A stretch of 32,000 nucleotides of DNA from an archaeon (lineage in GTDB: Archaea > Iainarchaeota > Iainarchaeia > Iainarchaeales > 1-14-0-10-31-34). The stretch's first letter is position 1. Each line of letters opens with the position of its first letter. The stretch spans positions 330,001 through 362,000 of the forward strand of contig JAJRVL010000004.1 of the NCBI GenBank assembly GCA_024277355.1, in the 5' to 3' direction. Below the pieces are notes generated by a model. That model worked only from the letters and a program-made list of their open reading frames with translations. It was not told where the DNA came from and searched no databases. A program made the translations under genes and the position numbers. Below are positions 22,114 to 30,297 of this stretch, one piece after another.

Positions 22114-24954
22114 ATGAATTGGAAAACTAAACTATTATTTATAACTGTATTTTTTGTATTTTTTTCGTTTACTGTTTCTGCTGAATGCGGAAATGGTGTT
22201 TGTGACAAAAATGAATCTTATGAAAGCTGTCCGGCAGACTGTGATTCACCAACCCCTGACTGCAGTATAGAATCAGGAATTCCTGAAAGTGGATGTATTT
22301 GCTATGGACAAGAAAAATATGATGGCTGGTGTTGTACTGGTTCATGGCAAAATTATGAATGCGGCTCAGTTTGTGGAAACAGTGTATGTGAAGGTGGAGA
22401 AGAAAATACTTGTCCAGGAGACTGTGTAGTATGCGGAGACGGAAAATGCGAAGGAGGAGAAGATCAATATAGCTGTTCTGCTGATTGCGGAAGCCCTGCT
22501 CCTTGGTGTGGAGACGGAACATGCAATGAAAATGAAACACAAGACACCTGTCCGCAAGACTGTGGAACCCCAAGTGTTTGTGGAAATAGTGTTTGTGAAA
22601 CAGGAGAAGAAATAGGATGTCCTGGAGACTGTTATACCTGTGGAGACGGAATATGCAACGGAAGCGAAACACCTGAAACATGTCATGATGATTGTAATTC
22701 AAATGAAATACCTGAAACATGCGGAAATAATTTTTGTGATTCAGGAGAAACAAAAGAAAACTGTCCGGTAGATTGTTATGAAAGCAACTGCGGAAACGGA
22801 ATATGTGAATCATACAACGGAGAAGATTCATATAATTGTCCAGTAGATTGTGAAACTTATTCAGAATGCGGAAACCAAATTTGTGAAGAAGGAGAAGAAA
22901 TAAATTGTCCTTCAGACTGTGGAGAATGCGGAAATAATTTTTGTGAAACAGGAGAAGAAATAAATTGTCCTGGAGACTGCTTTAAATGCGGAGATGGAAT
23001 ATGCAATGGAAGCGAAACAGAATTTACTTGTCATGATGATTGTCCGCCTTCAACTTGCGGAAATGGAACATGTGATGAAAGAGAATGGGAAAAAAACTGT
23101 CCTCAAGATTGCAGTGTACAAGCAGAATGCGGAGATGGATTTTGTGACTGGCATTTAGGAGAAAACCCTGAAAGCTGTAGTGTTGATTGTAGTTATGAAC
23201 CAAAATGTGGAAACAGAATATGTGAACAAGGAGAAACCGCAGAAAATTGTCAAGATGACTGCAGACCAGGAGGATTTTGTGGAGATGGTTATTGTGGAAT
23301 AGAAGAAAACCCAGAAAATTGTTATGATGACTGCGGAGCAGTAGTAAAACCCCCAATAAATAATTGTCCTCCAGACGAAGCAATACAAGAACTAAAAAAT
23401 AAATGTGAAGACTATGACATGGAATTCAGTTTAAGACAAGGACATAATGGATGCCTTTATGGAGAATGCAATACAGGCCGTAAACCTCCTCAAGAAGAAG
23501 ATTGCAAAGAAATAATTGAACCAAATGGTTTTGTAAGAAGAATATGTGAAAACCAATGTTTTCCTGAACCACTAGAAATAAAACAAAGATGTATTGAAAG
23601 CAGAGGAACTCCAAAACAAAGCACTGATTTTAGAGGATGCGAAATTACAATATGTGAATATGGAGATTCAGGCGGAAGAGACTTTATTGGAGAGTGTTCA
23701 GACAGAGAAAAAATAGATGACAAAGCAAGAGAATGTAAAAAACAAGGATTAAAGCCAATAATTGAAAGAGGATTTAATGGATGTGAATATGTTAAATGTG
23801 CAGGTGAATTTAGAAGAGATGAATGTCCTGTTCATGGCTTTGAAGAAATTGAAAGAATAAGAAAAGAATGCAATGCAAAAGGCGGAGAATTAATTAAACA
23901 CTTTGATGACAGAGGATGCGGAATACCGCAATGCATTATGGAAGGAGACAGAGAACAATATTGTAAAGACGTCCCAAGAGAAGCATTTAACAGATGCGAA
24001 GAAGAAGGCGGAGAATTAATTATACAAAAAGACGAACAAGGCTGTGTTGTATTTGAAACATGCAATAGAAGAGGAGACAGAAGATTTGAATATGATTCAA
24101 TAGAAGAAATTCCAGATGTAACACAATTACTTTCAATTGCATTAAAATTAGAAGACTTAAAAGTACAATTAGCAAAAGTAAAAAATAAACTAAATTTGCT
24201 TGCAGAATACTATAAAGAAGAAAATGATTCAGAAAATGCAGAAAGATTAGAAAAAGCTGCTTCAATGTTTGGTTCAATTGAAGATGACATTGAAAGAATA
24301 AAAAACAAAATAAAAGAAAATGCAGACAATATGAATGAAAGAAGTGTAATTGAAATAAAAAAAGAAATTAAATTAATCAGAGAAAAACTAAAAGACATTT
24401 TGTTTGTTTTGTTAGGAGAAAAAGAAACCAGAAAAGATTACACTAAAGGAGACTGCGGAACAGATGAATATTGTTTCCAGAAAAATTATGCAATATGCAG
24501 TCCAACAAAATACACTCATATAGATTCATACCAAGATAACCAAAAATTTCTTGCAGAAATAAAAGGAATAGAAAACGGAAAATGCATTATGACAGTTACA
24601 TCTGAATTTGCAGGACAAACTCTTTCAATGAGATGTGAAGACAGCAAATATATTGATTCAGATGTAGGACAAAAAATGAAAGAAATATGCAAAGGACCAT
24701 TAATAGACATGATAAAACAAGAAGACCCAACAGGTCCCGACTATGAACCAGAATACAAAAAAGACTACCAAAGAGATTACAGAGGAGACTATAAAGGATA
24801 TAAAGAAGATTTAGGGAGAGATATTGAAGGATGCAAAGAAACATTTGATGAACAAGGAAACAAATATATTACTTGTCCGGCAAAAGAAGAAACCAAAACA
24901 AATCCTTATAATCCAATGACAGGAAATGCATTAATAGGAATTAAATGGAGGTAA
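22114..24954 (+). CDS. Large secreted/surface cysteine-rich modular protein
   Basis: 946 aa from ATG 22114 (GAGGGG RBS; the track TTG is at 22096). Signal or anchor MNWKTKLLFITVFFVFFSFTVSA, then 15 CG[ND]xxC-x(8-11)-C[PSHQY]xDC modules, five copies of a second Cys module and a coiled-coil segment. These are followed by a C-terminal Cys domain and a DY-rich charged stretch. Confidence 0.85.
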   Translation: MNWKTKLLFITVFFVFFSFTVSAECGNGVCDKNESYESCPADCDSPTPDCSIESGIPESGCICYGQEKYDGWCCTGSWQNYECGSVCGNSVCEGGEENTCPGDCVVCGDGKCEGGEDQYSCSADCGSPAPWCGDGTCNENETQDTCPQDCGTPSVCGNSVCETGEEIGCPGDCYTCGDGICNGSETPETCHDDCNSNEIPETCGNNFCDSGETKENCPVDCYESNCGNGICESYNGEDSYNCPVDCETYSECGNQICEEGEEINCPSDCGECGNNFCETGEEINCPGDCFKCGDGICNGSETEFTCHDDCPPSTCGNGTCDEREWEKNCPQDCSVQAECGDGFCDWHLGENPESCSVDCSYEPKCGNRICEQGETAENCQDDCRPGGFCGDGYCGIEENPENCYDDCGAVVKPPINNCPPDEAIQELKNKCEDYDMEFSLRQGHNGCLYGECNTGRKPPQEEDCKEIIEPNGFVRRICENQCFPEPLEIKQRCIESRGTPKQSTDFRGCEITICEYGDSGGRDFIGECSDREKIDDKARECKKQGLKPIIERGFNGCEYVKCAGEFRRDECPVHGFEEIERIRKECNAKGGELIKHFDDRGCGIPQCIMEGDREQYCKDVPREAFNRCEEEGGELIIQKDEQGCVVFETCNRRGDRRFEYDSIEEIPDVTQLLSIALKLEDLKVQLAKVKNKLNLLAEYYKEENDSENAERLEKAASMFGSIEDDIERIKNKIKENADNMNERSVIEIKKEIKLIREKLKDILFVLLGEKETRKDYTKGDCGTDEYCFQKNYAICSPTKYTHIDSYQDNQKFLAEIKGIENGKCIMTVTSEFAGQTLSMRCEDSKYIDSDVGQKMKEICKGPLIDMIKQEDPTGPDYEPEYKKDYQRDYRGDYKGYKEDLGRDIEGCKETFDEQGNKYITCPAKEETKTNPYNPMTGNALIGIKWR
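22186..23334 (+). repeat. Tandem array of 15 short four-cysteine modules (in-CDS repeat)
   Basis: I counted 15 units, for example CGNGVCDKNESYESCPADC, CGNSVCEGGEENTCPGDC, CGDGICNGSETPETCHDDC and CGDGYCGIEENPENCYDDC. Confidence 0.85.
23365..24063 (+). repeat. Five copies of a second, longer Cys module (in-CDS repeat)
   Basis: The pattern ..[KR]xC-x3-G-x(7-11)-GC-x(3-5)-C recurs: KNKCEDYDMEFSLRQGHNGCLYGEC, KQRCIESRGTPKQSTDFRGCEITIC, ARECKKQGLKPIIERGFNGCEYVKC, RKECNAKGGELIKHFDDRGCGIPQC and FNRCEEEGGELIIQKDEQGCVVFETC. Confidence 0.7.
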
Positions 24955-24959
24955 TGGAA

Positions 24960-25151
24960 ATGAAAAAAATTATAATAGGAATTTTAATTTTAGTTTTAAT
25001 TGTTTCTTTTTCAGGATGCTTTGAACAAACACCAGAAGCAAAAGAAAAAATTACTTCAAAAGAAGAAGCATCAAAAACAACAGTTGAAATAAGCGAAGAC
25101 TTAGATGGATTAAGCGGAAGCTTAAAAGAATTAGATGACGAATTAGGTTAA
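24960..25151 (+). CDS. Small acidic lipoprotein-like protein
   Basis: MKKIIIGILILVLIVSFSGC has a lipobox-like FSGC. A GGAGGT RBS lies 7 nt upstream, inside the end of the preceding gene. The track start at 24945 overlaps the upstream stop. Confidence 0.5.
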   Translation: MKKIIIGILILVLIVSFSGCFEQTPEAKEKITSKEEASKTTVEISEDLDGLSGSLKELDDELG

Positions 25152-25230
25152 ACTAATTCTTTTCTTTTTTTATTTTAAAAAAACAATTTGATTTTAATTA
25201 TTTTTATACTTAAATTATAACAGTGATTAA

Positions 25231-26124
25231 ATGATTACAGCATTAGAACTATTTGTAAGCTTTGAACAAGCCCTTCCTGCAATAACAACAATACTGGTTT
25301 TAGGAATAGCTTACATTATATTCAAAGCATTAATTAGTTTAACAAAAAAAAGATTATTAAAAAAAGCAAAAACAAAAAAACAAATAACAAACATTGAATT
25401 ATTTTCAAGAATACTAAAATACATTGTTTTAATTTTTTTAATACTTACAGCAATCTTGTCTTTTTCCGGTTCATGGGCAGGATTAGGAATTGGAATTGGA
25501 CTGCTTTCTGCAGCAATAGGTTTTGCATTACAAAAACCAATAACAGGAATAGCAGCATGGATAATGCTGATAACTAAACGTCCATTCCAGATAGGAGACC
25601 GAATAATTATAGAACCCCTAAAAGGAGATGTAAAAGATATTACACTAACACATGTTTATTTGAAGGAAGTAGGCGGACAAATTGAAGGAGATGACTCATC
25701 AGGAAGAACTATTTTAATCCCAAACTCTATTTTATTTGAACAAAATATAATTAATTATTCAAGCCAAAAAGATGAAATTGTTTTAGACCAAGTTATTTTT
25801 ACTGTAACATATGAAAGCGATTTAAATAAAGCAATCCAAATAGCATTAAAATCAGCAAAAAAACATGTAAAAGAATTTATTAAAAATCCAAAAAAAATTC
25901 CTTTTGTCAGAACACATTTTCAGTCAAGCGGAATAGATGTTAAAATAAGATATTTTGTTCCAGTCAAAAAAATGAGAAAACTTTCAAGCATAATAACCCA
26001 AGAACTTCATGCAGAAATAATGAAAACAAAAGAAGTAGAATTTGCTTATCCTCATACAGAAATATTATTTAAAGACAAAAAAACAATCAGAAAATTCAAA
26101 AACAAAAAACTAACTGATTACTAA
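25231..26124 (+). CDS. Small-conductance mechanosensitive channel (MscS family)
   Basis: 297 aa with three N-terminal TM helices. KRPFQIGDRIIIEPLKGDVKDITLTHVYLKE...ILIPNSILFEQNIINYS is followed by a normal alpha/beta C-terminal domain. Confidence 0.85.
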   Translation: MITALELFVSFEQALPAITTILVLGIAYIIFKALISLTKKRLLKKAKTKKQITNIELFSRILKYIVLIFLILTAILSFSGSWAGLGIGIGLLSAAIGFALQKPITGIAAWIMLITKRPFQIGDRIIIEPLKGDVKDITLTHVYLKEVGGQIEGDDSSGRTILIPNSILFEQNIINYSSQKDEIVLDQVIFTVTYESDLNKAIQIALKSAKKHVKEFIKNPKKIPFVRTHFQSSGIDVKIRYFVPVKKMRKLSSIITQELHAEIMKTKEVEFAYPHTEILFKDKKTIRKFKNKKLTDY

Positions 26125-26126
26125 TT

Positions 26127-26139
26127 AAAAAAAAGAAAA
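26127..26139 (-). terminator. Oligo-T tract downstream of tRNA-Asn
   Basis: The minus strand reads TTTTCTTTTTTTT directly after the discriminator base, which fits archaeal oligo-T termination. Confidence 0.4.
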
Positions 26140-26254
26140 CGCCCCAGGTCAGACTTGAACTGACGACCTGTCGGTTGCTGCTTTTTGTTTTTGATAAAAC
26201 TTTTCTTAAAAGTTTTGTTAACAGCCGACTGCTCCACCACTAAGCTACCGGGGC
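26140..26254 (-). tRNA. tRNA-Asn (anticodon GUU) with 43-nt intron at 37/38 (26176-26218)
   Basis: Manual fold. Acceptor GCCCCGG/CTGGGGC; D arm GCTT-agtggtg-GAGC; anticodon stem GTCGG/CCGAC with loop CTGTTAA. T arm GTCAG-TTCAAGT-CTGAC and discriminator G. BHB: CTGT pairs GCAG (one G-U), with bulges TAA and CAA. Confidence 0.9.
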
Positions 26255-26255
26255 A

Positions 26256-26312
26256 CAACTGTCACGCCCAGTTGACATGCGTGCACGACTTCATTTCATT
26301 CAGTCCTGCTGT
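26256..26312 (-). repeat. GC-rich tRNA 5' leader element L1, copy B (1 nt upstream of tRNA-Asn)
   Basis: The reverse complement is identical over 57 nt to 18964-19020. Confidence 0.85.
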
Positions 26313-26911
26313 CAAAATACAACAGCAATATCAAACAACAACAAAAATACTACACACATACAAACTTTGCGAGAAGTTTGTTCTTTGAATAAAAAAAAAT
26401 AGAGAGAACCATTTAAAAAAGTAAGCGTTAAAAGAAAAACAAAACATCAAATAAAAGCAAAATACCAGTATATATACATAAAGAAGAAAACAAAAAACTA
26501 AGGCAAACTAAAAGAAAACAAAAAAACTACACCATATACATAATTTTTCATTGCTTTTTAGCAACAAAACAAAGCAATTTAAGACACAAAACACGAAAAA
26601 AGAATTAAGTTAGGACTTAATTTACAATAAAAGCGATTCTTACACTCTTTTTTCTATTTAAAGCTCTTGAGGCACTTATTAAACACATTTTTTTATTTTT
26701 AATGCTTAACAGCCTGAAAACAAAAAAACAATAAAAAAATTACCCCAAATACTAAGGGTTTTTTACCTACATAACTAAATTTTAGTATTTAAAAAGCTTT
26801 CTAAAAAAATAAGTGTTATTTGAGCCTTATAACTTTATCAAAACGTATATATAGCAGTTAAGCACATATTATAACTGTATTCTCTTTTTTGTAAGAGTAG
26901 GGGTGATATAT

Positions 26912-27985
26912 TTGAAAAGTGTAATTGAAGACGCAGTCCAGAAAAATACTAATAAAATTGATGAAAGAATAGAAGAATTTGGTGCTCCAAAAATAATGGT
27001 TGTTGGAACCGGAGGAGCAGGATGTAATGCAGTAAACAGATTAGCTAATATGGGAGTTTCTGGAGCTCAATTAGTTGCAGTTAACACAGACAAACAGCAT
27101 TTGTCTATAATCAATGATGAATTAACTAAAATTTTAATTGGAAAAAGTGTAACAAGAGGATTAGGAGCAGGCGGATATCCTGACGTAGGAGCTAAAGCTG
27201 CTGAAGTTTCAAGACAAGCTTTAGAAGAAATTTTAAGCAGTACAGACATGCTTTTTATTTCTGCTGGAATGGGCGGAGGAACAGGAACAGGTTCAGCACC
27301 AATTATTGCAGAAATAGCAAAAGAACAAGGCGCAATAGTTATTGCAATTGTAACTTATCCTTTTGCATTAGAAAAAGCCAGACTATTAAAAGCAGAAGAC
27401 GGAATAGAACAATTAAGAGCTAACACAGACACTGTTGTAGTAATTGACAATAACAGATTAGTTAGTTTAGTGCCTAATTTACCAATACAAGATGCATTTA
27501 AAGTAGCAGACGAAGTAACTGCAAGAACAGTAAGAGGAATAACAGAAACAATAACCCAACCTTCATTAATTAACTTAGATTTCGCTGATGTTAGAAGTGT
27601 TATGGGCAATAAAGGATTAAGTGTAATTGCAGTAGGAGAATCAAAATCAGTTAACAAAGTAGACGAAGTAGTTGAAGACACATTAAAAAATGTTTTATTG
27701 GATGTTGACTTCTCTGGTGCAACAGGAGCATTAATTCATATTACCGGAGGCCCAGAATTAACTTTAGGAGAAGCAAACGGAGTAGGCGAATTACTAACAG
27801 ATAGCATTGACCCTAAAGCAACAGTTATCTGGGGTTCAAGAGTTGACCCAACATTTGAAAACAAAATAGAAGTAATCTCAATTTTCACTGGAGTGCATTC
27901 ACCTTACATTAAAAGTCCAAATGCAATTCCAGCAAAAGCAGCAGCAAGCTTGTCTAAATCAGATATGGGTTTAGGTTATATCTAG
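26912..27985 (+). CDS. ftsZ: Cell division protein FtsZ
   Basis: [22 protein letters not shown] and the tubulin signature [15 protein letters not shown]. The probable TTG start at 26912 lies 5 nt after GGGGTGA; an in-frame GTG at 26903 is the alternative. Confidence 0.95.
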   Translation: MKSVIEDAVQKNTNKIDERIEEFGAPKIMVVGTGGAGCNAVNRLANMGVSGAQLVAVNTDKQHLSIINDELTKILIGKSVTRGLGAGGYPDVGAKAAEVSRQALEEILSSTDMLFISAGMGGGTGTGSAPIIAEIAKEQGAIVIAIVTYPFALEKARLLKAEDGIEQLRANTDTVVVIDNNRLVSLVPNLPIQDAFKVADEVTARTVRGITETITQPSLINLDFADVRSVMGNKGLSVIAVGESKSVNKVDEVVEDTLKNVLLDVDFSGATGALIHITGGPELTLGEANGVGELLTDSIDPKATVIWGSRVDPTFENKIEVISIFTGVHSPYIKSPNAIPAKAAASLSKSDMGLGYI

Positions 27986-28175
27986 GATTGGAATTAATTT
28001 CCTCTCCCCTATTTTTCTTTTTTAAAAAAAAAGTATTTTTAAAGTTTTGTGTTAATAAATAAGTATTAATTTTTAGTTTTTTAAATAAAAAATATTTTTT
28101 AAGGAGTAAATAAAATCAATTTTATTTTTTTGACAGATTTGAAGGTGAAATATATGGAAACAGGTGATGACGACC

Positions 28176-28592
28176 ATGAACAACACAAAATTTTTCAAAG
28201 GAATTCATATATTAGCCGATTTATGGGAATGCGATTCCTCTAAATTAAATTTTATTAAAGAAGTAAAACAAGTACTTCAAAAAGCAGTTAAAAAAGGAAA
28301 ATTAACTGCATTAAACGACTATTTTTTTCAGTTTAATCCTTCAGGAGTAACTGGAGTTTATGTTTTAAGCCAAAGCCATATTTCAATTCATACTTGGCCT
28401 GAAAAAAACTTTGCTTCAATTGACATTTTTACCTGCGGTCCTCCAGAAAACGCATTAAAAGCATTTGAAGCAGTATGTGAAGAATTAAAACCAAAAAGAA
28501 TTCAAAAAAAACTTTTAGAAAGAATGGACGAGGGAAAAAACATTGAAACCATTAAGACAAGAAATACTATCTTTGTTAAAAAAACAAAATAG
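28176..28592 (+). CDS. speH: S-adenosylmethionine decarboxylase proenzyme (class 1, pyruvoyl-dependent)
   Basis: GIHILADLWECD and VLSQSHISIHTWPEKNFASIDIFTCG form the self-processing and active-site block. The start is ambiguous: GTG 28164, ATG 28167, or ATG 28176 preceded by GGTGAT. Confidence 0.88.
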   Translation: MNNTKFFKGIHILADLWECDSSKLNFIKEVKQVLQKAVKKGKLTALNDYFFQFNPSGVTGVYVLSQSHISIHTWPEKNFASIDIFTCGPPENALKAFEAVCEELKPKRIQKKLLERMDEGKNIETIKTRNTIFVKKTK

Positions 28593-29523
28593 AATTTTCT
28601 GGAACCTTGCAAAACATTTATCTTATTCTCTTTCAGATTTAATTAAAGAATTAAATTTATTGCATAAAGAAAAAATAATTGAAACAAAAAACAATAAAAT
28701 TTCTTTGACATCAAAAGGAAAAAAATTAACTGAAAATCTTTTAATTCCAATTAACTGGAATAAAGCTTATTCAAATAAATTACTTAAAAAATTTTTGAAA
28801 GAAATAAAAAACAGGCCTAAAGCATTACAAAAATTTGACCAAGGAGTAATTCTTCCAAAAGATACAATTCAAAGAACAATAGTAATGGGAGAAAGACAAG
28901 ACATTGATAGAAAAAACATTTTAATTATCGGAGACGATGACTTAGTTTCAGTTTCTATTGCTTTAACTAAAAGAGCAAAATCAATTACTGTTTTAGAAAT
29001 AGATTCAAGAATTAATTCTTTTATTAATTCTTTTGCAAAAAAAAATAATTTTCCTTTAAAGGCTTTAACCTGGGATGTAAGAAAACCTCTTTCAGTTAAA
29101 TTCAAAAAAAAATTTGATGTTTTTTTAACTGACCCAGTTGAAACAATTTCAGGCATTAAAATGTTTTTAGGAAGAGGAATGGAATCATTAAAAGAAAATT
29201 CTGTTTTTTATTTTGGTTTAACTAATATTGACTGCGGACACAAAAAATGGCTTGAAATACAAAAATTAATTTTAAACTCAGGTTTTATTTTTACTGATAT
29301 AATTAAAGATCAGGCATTTTATGATTTTAAGCAGTTTGAAAAATATGATTTTGGAGCAAATGACATTCCAAAAAAATTAAGGAATTTTCCTATTCCTTCA
29401 GCAAAAGAAACTTATTTCAGTTCAAATTTTATTAGATGTTTTGCAGTAAACAAAATTAAGCCTTTAGTTAAAGGAAAAACAAAAATAAATAAAAGCTTTT
29501 ATCATGATGCAGATGTCTTTTAA
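28543..29523 (+). CDS. bpsA: DUF43/BpsA-family aminopropyltransferase (N4-bis(aminopropyl)spermidine synthase-like) with N-terminal wHTH
   Basis: ILIIGDDDLVSVSIAL, VLEIDSRI and DVFLTDPVETISG match the BpsA C-terminal domain pattern (GDDDL...DPP.T). TTG start preceded by GAGGG. It overlaps the speH 3' end by 50 nt. Confidence 0.68.
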   Translation: MKPLRQEILSLLKKQNRIFWNLAKHLSYSLSDLIKELNLLHKEKIIETKNNKISLTSKGKKLTENLLIPINWNKAYSNKLLKKFLKEIKNRPKALQKFDQGVILPKDTIQRTIVMGERQDIDRKNILIIGDDDLVSVSIALTKRAKSITVLEIDSRINSFINSFAKKNNFPLKALTWDVRKPLSVKFKKKFDVFLTDPVETISGIKMFLGRGMESLKENSVFYFGLTNIDCGHKKWLEIQKLILNSGFIFTDIIKDQAFYDFKQFEKYDFGANDIPKKLRNFPIPSAKETYFSSNFIRCFAVNKIKPLVKGKTKINKSFYHDADVF

Positions 29524-30260
29524 TCAATAAAAATAATTTTTCCTTTTTTATCAACTTTAATTCCTAAAATTTCTTGAACTCTTTTTTTATTTAAACTTAA
29601 TTCATAAACAAATTGAGTGTAATTATAACTTAAAGAAATAGTTTTGCCTGAAACTTTTTTTTTCTTAAAAAATCTTTCAATTAACGGTTTATACACTAAT
29701 TTGTTATTCATAAAAGGCTCTTCAGCTAAATAAACTCCGGAAAAACCATTTCTAATAGACTTCCTTATTTTATTTTTATTTCTTAAAAGAAATTCAGACA
29801 ACAAAAACTCAGAAGGGTGCATTCCAAGTTTTTTCTGAAAACGTTTACTTGCTTGTGTTTCTTTTTCAGAAGACCAAGAAACAGTTTTTCTTTTACCGAA
29901 ACTAAATTTTTTTTCTGGAAGATACTGAGTCCTTTCTCTTTGAATTGAATAAATTAAAATTCCTTTATTAAATGCTCTTGAAATTTGAATAGAAAACCTT
30001 GGTTTTTTTGCTGAATCAAATAAAACTAAATGCTTGTTGTTTGAAATTAAAGGACTTAATTTATTTTTTATTTTTCCATCAACTCTATCTTTATAAATCC
30101 AGTTTTCTTGTTCTTTAAATGAATAAGCAGTTGAATTAACTTTACTCTTAAAAAAAGCAACTGGTTTTTGTTTAATTCTTTTTCTTAATATTTTTTTTGG
30201 TTTTTTTAAACGACTTAAATTAAATAAACTTTTTTTTGGTTTTTTAATTTTAGAAGGCAT
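29520..30260 (-). CDS. Hypothetical lysine-rich protein with basic N-terminal tail (MPSKIKKPKKSLFNLSRLKKPKK)
   Basis: 246-aa ORF whose end overlaps the bpsA stop by 4 nt (convergent). No domain recognised. Confidence 0.5.
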   Translation of the reverse strand: MPSKIKKPKKSLFNLSRLKKPKKILRKRIKQKPVAFFKSKVNSTAYSFKEQENWIYKDRVDGKIKNKLSPLISNNKHLVLFDSAKKPRFSIQISRAFNKGILIYSIQRERTQYLPEKKFSFGKRKTVSWSSEKETQASKRFQKKLGMHPSEFLLSEFLLRNKNKIRKSIRNGFSGVYLAEEPFMNNKLVYKPLIERFFKKKKVSGKTISLSYNYTQFVYELSLNKKRVQEILGIKVDKKGKIIFID

Positions 30261-30297
30261 AAATAAAATACTTTTTAAGAATTATTAAAATTATGCT

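Noticed and set aside
24070-24078. RGD tripeptide in the surface protein as an integrin-type adhesion motif
   Set aside because: A single tripeptide in a 946-aa protein is expected by chance, and integrin recognition has no relevance in an archaeal context.
22169-24844. Many 60-220-aa antisense or out-of-frame ORFs inside the Cys-rich gene
   Set aside because: They are products of the repetitive, codon-biased sequence. Their translations are low-complexity (L/F/H-rich). All are nested in a much longer ORF that has a clear signal peptide and modular structure.
18964-26312. Integrated mobile element with tRNA-associated att repeats
   Set aside because: The repeats lie upstream of the tRNAs, are inverted and do not duplicate a tRNA 3' half. 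No integrase, transposase or phage-like gene lies between them.
26185-26388. 67-aa plus-strand ORF overlapping tRNA-Asn and L1 copy B
   Set aside because: Same artefact as above. It is antisense to a well-folding tRNA and its leader.
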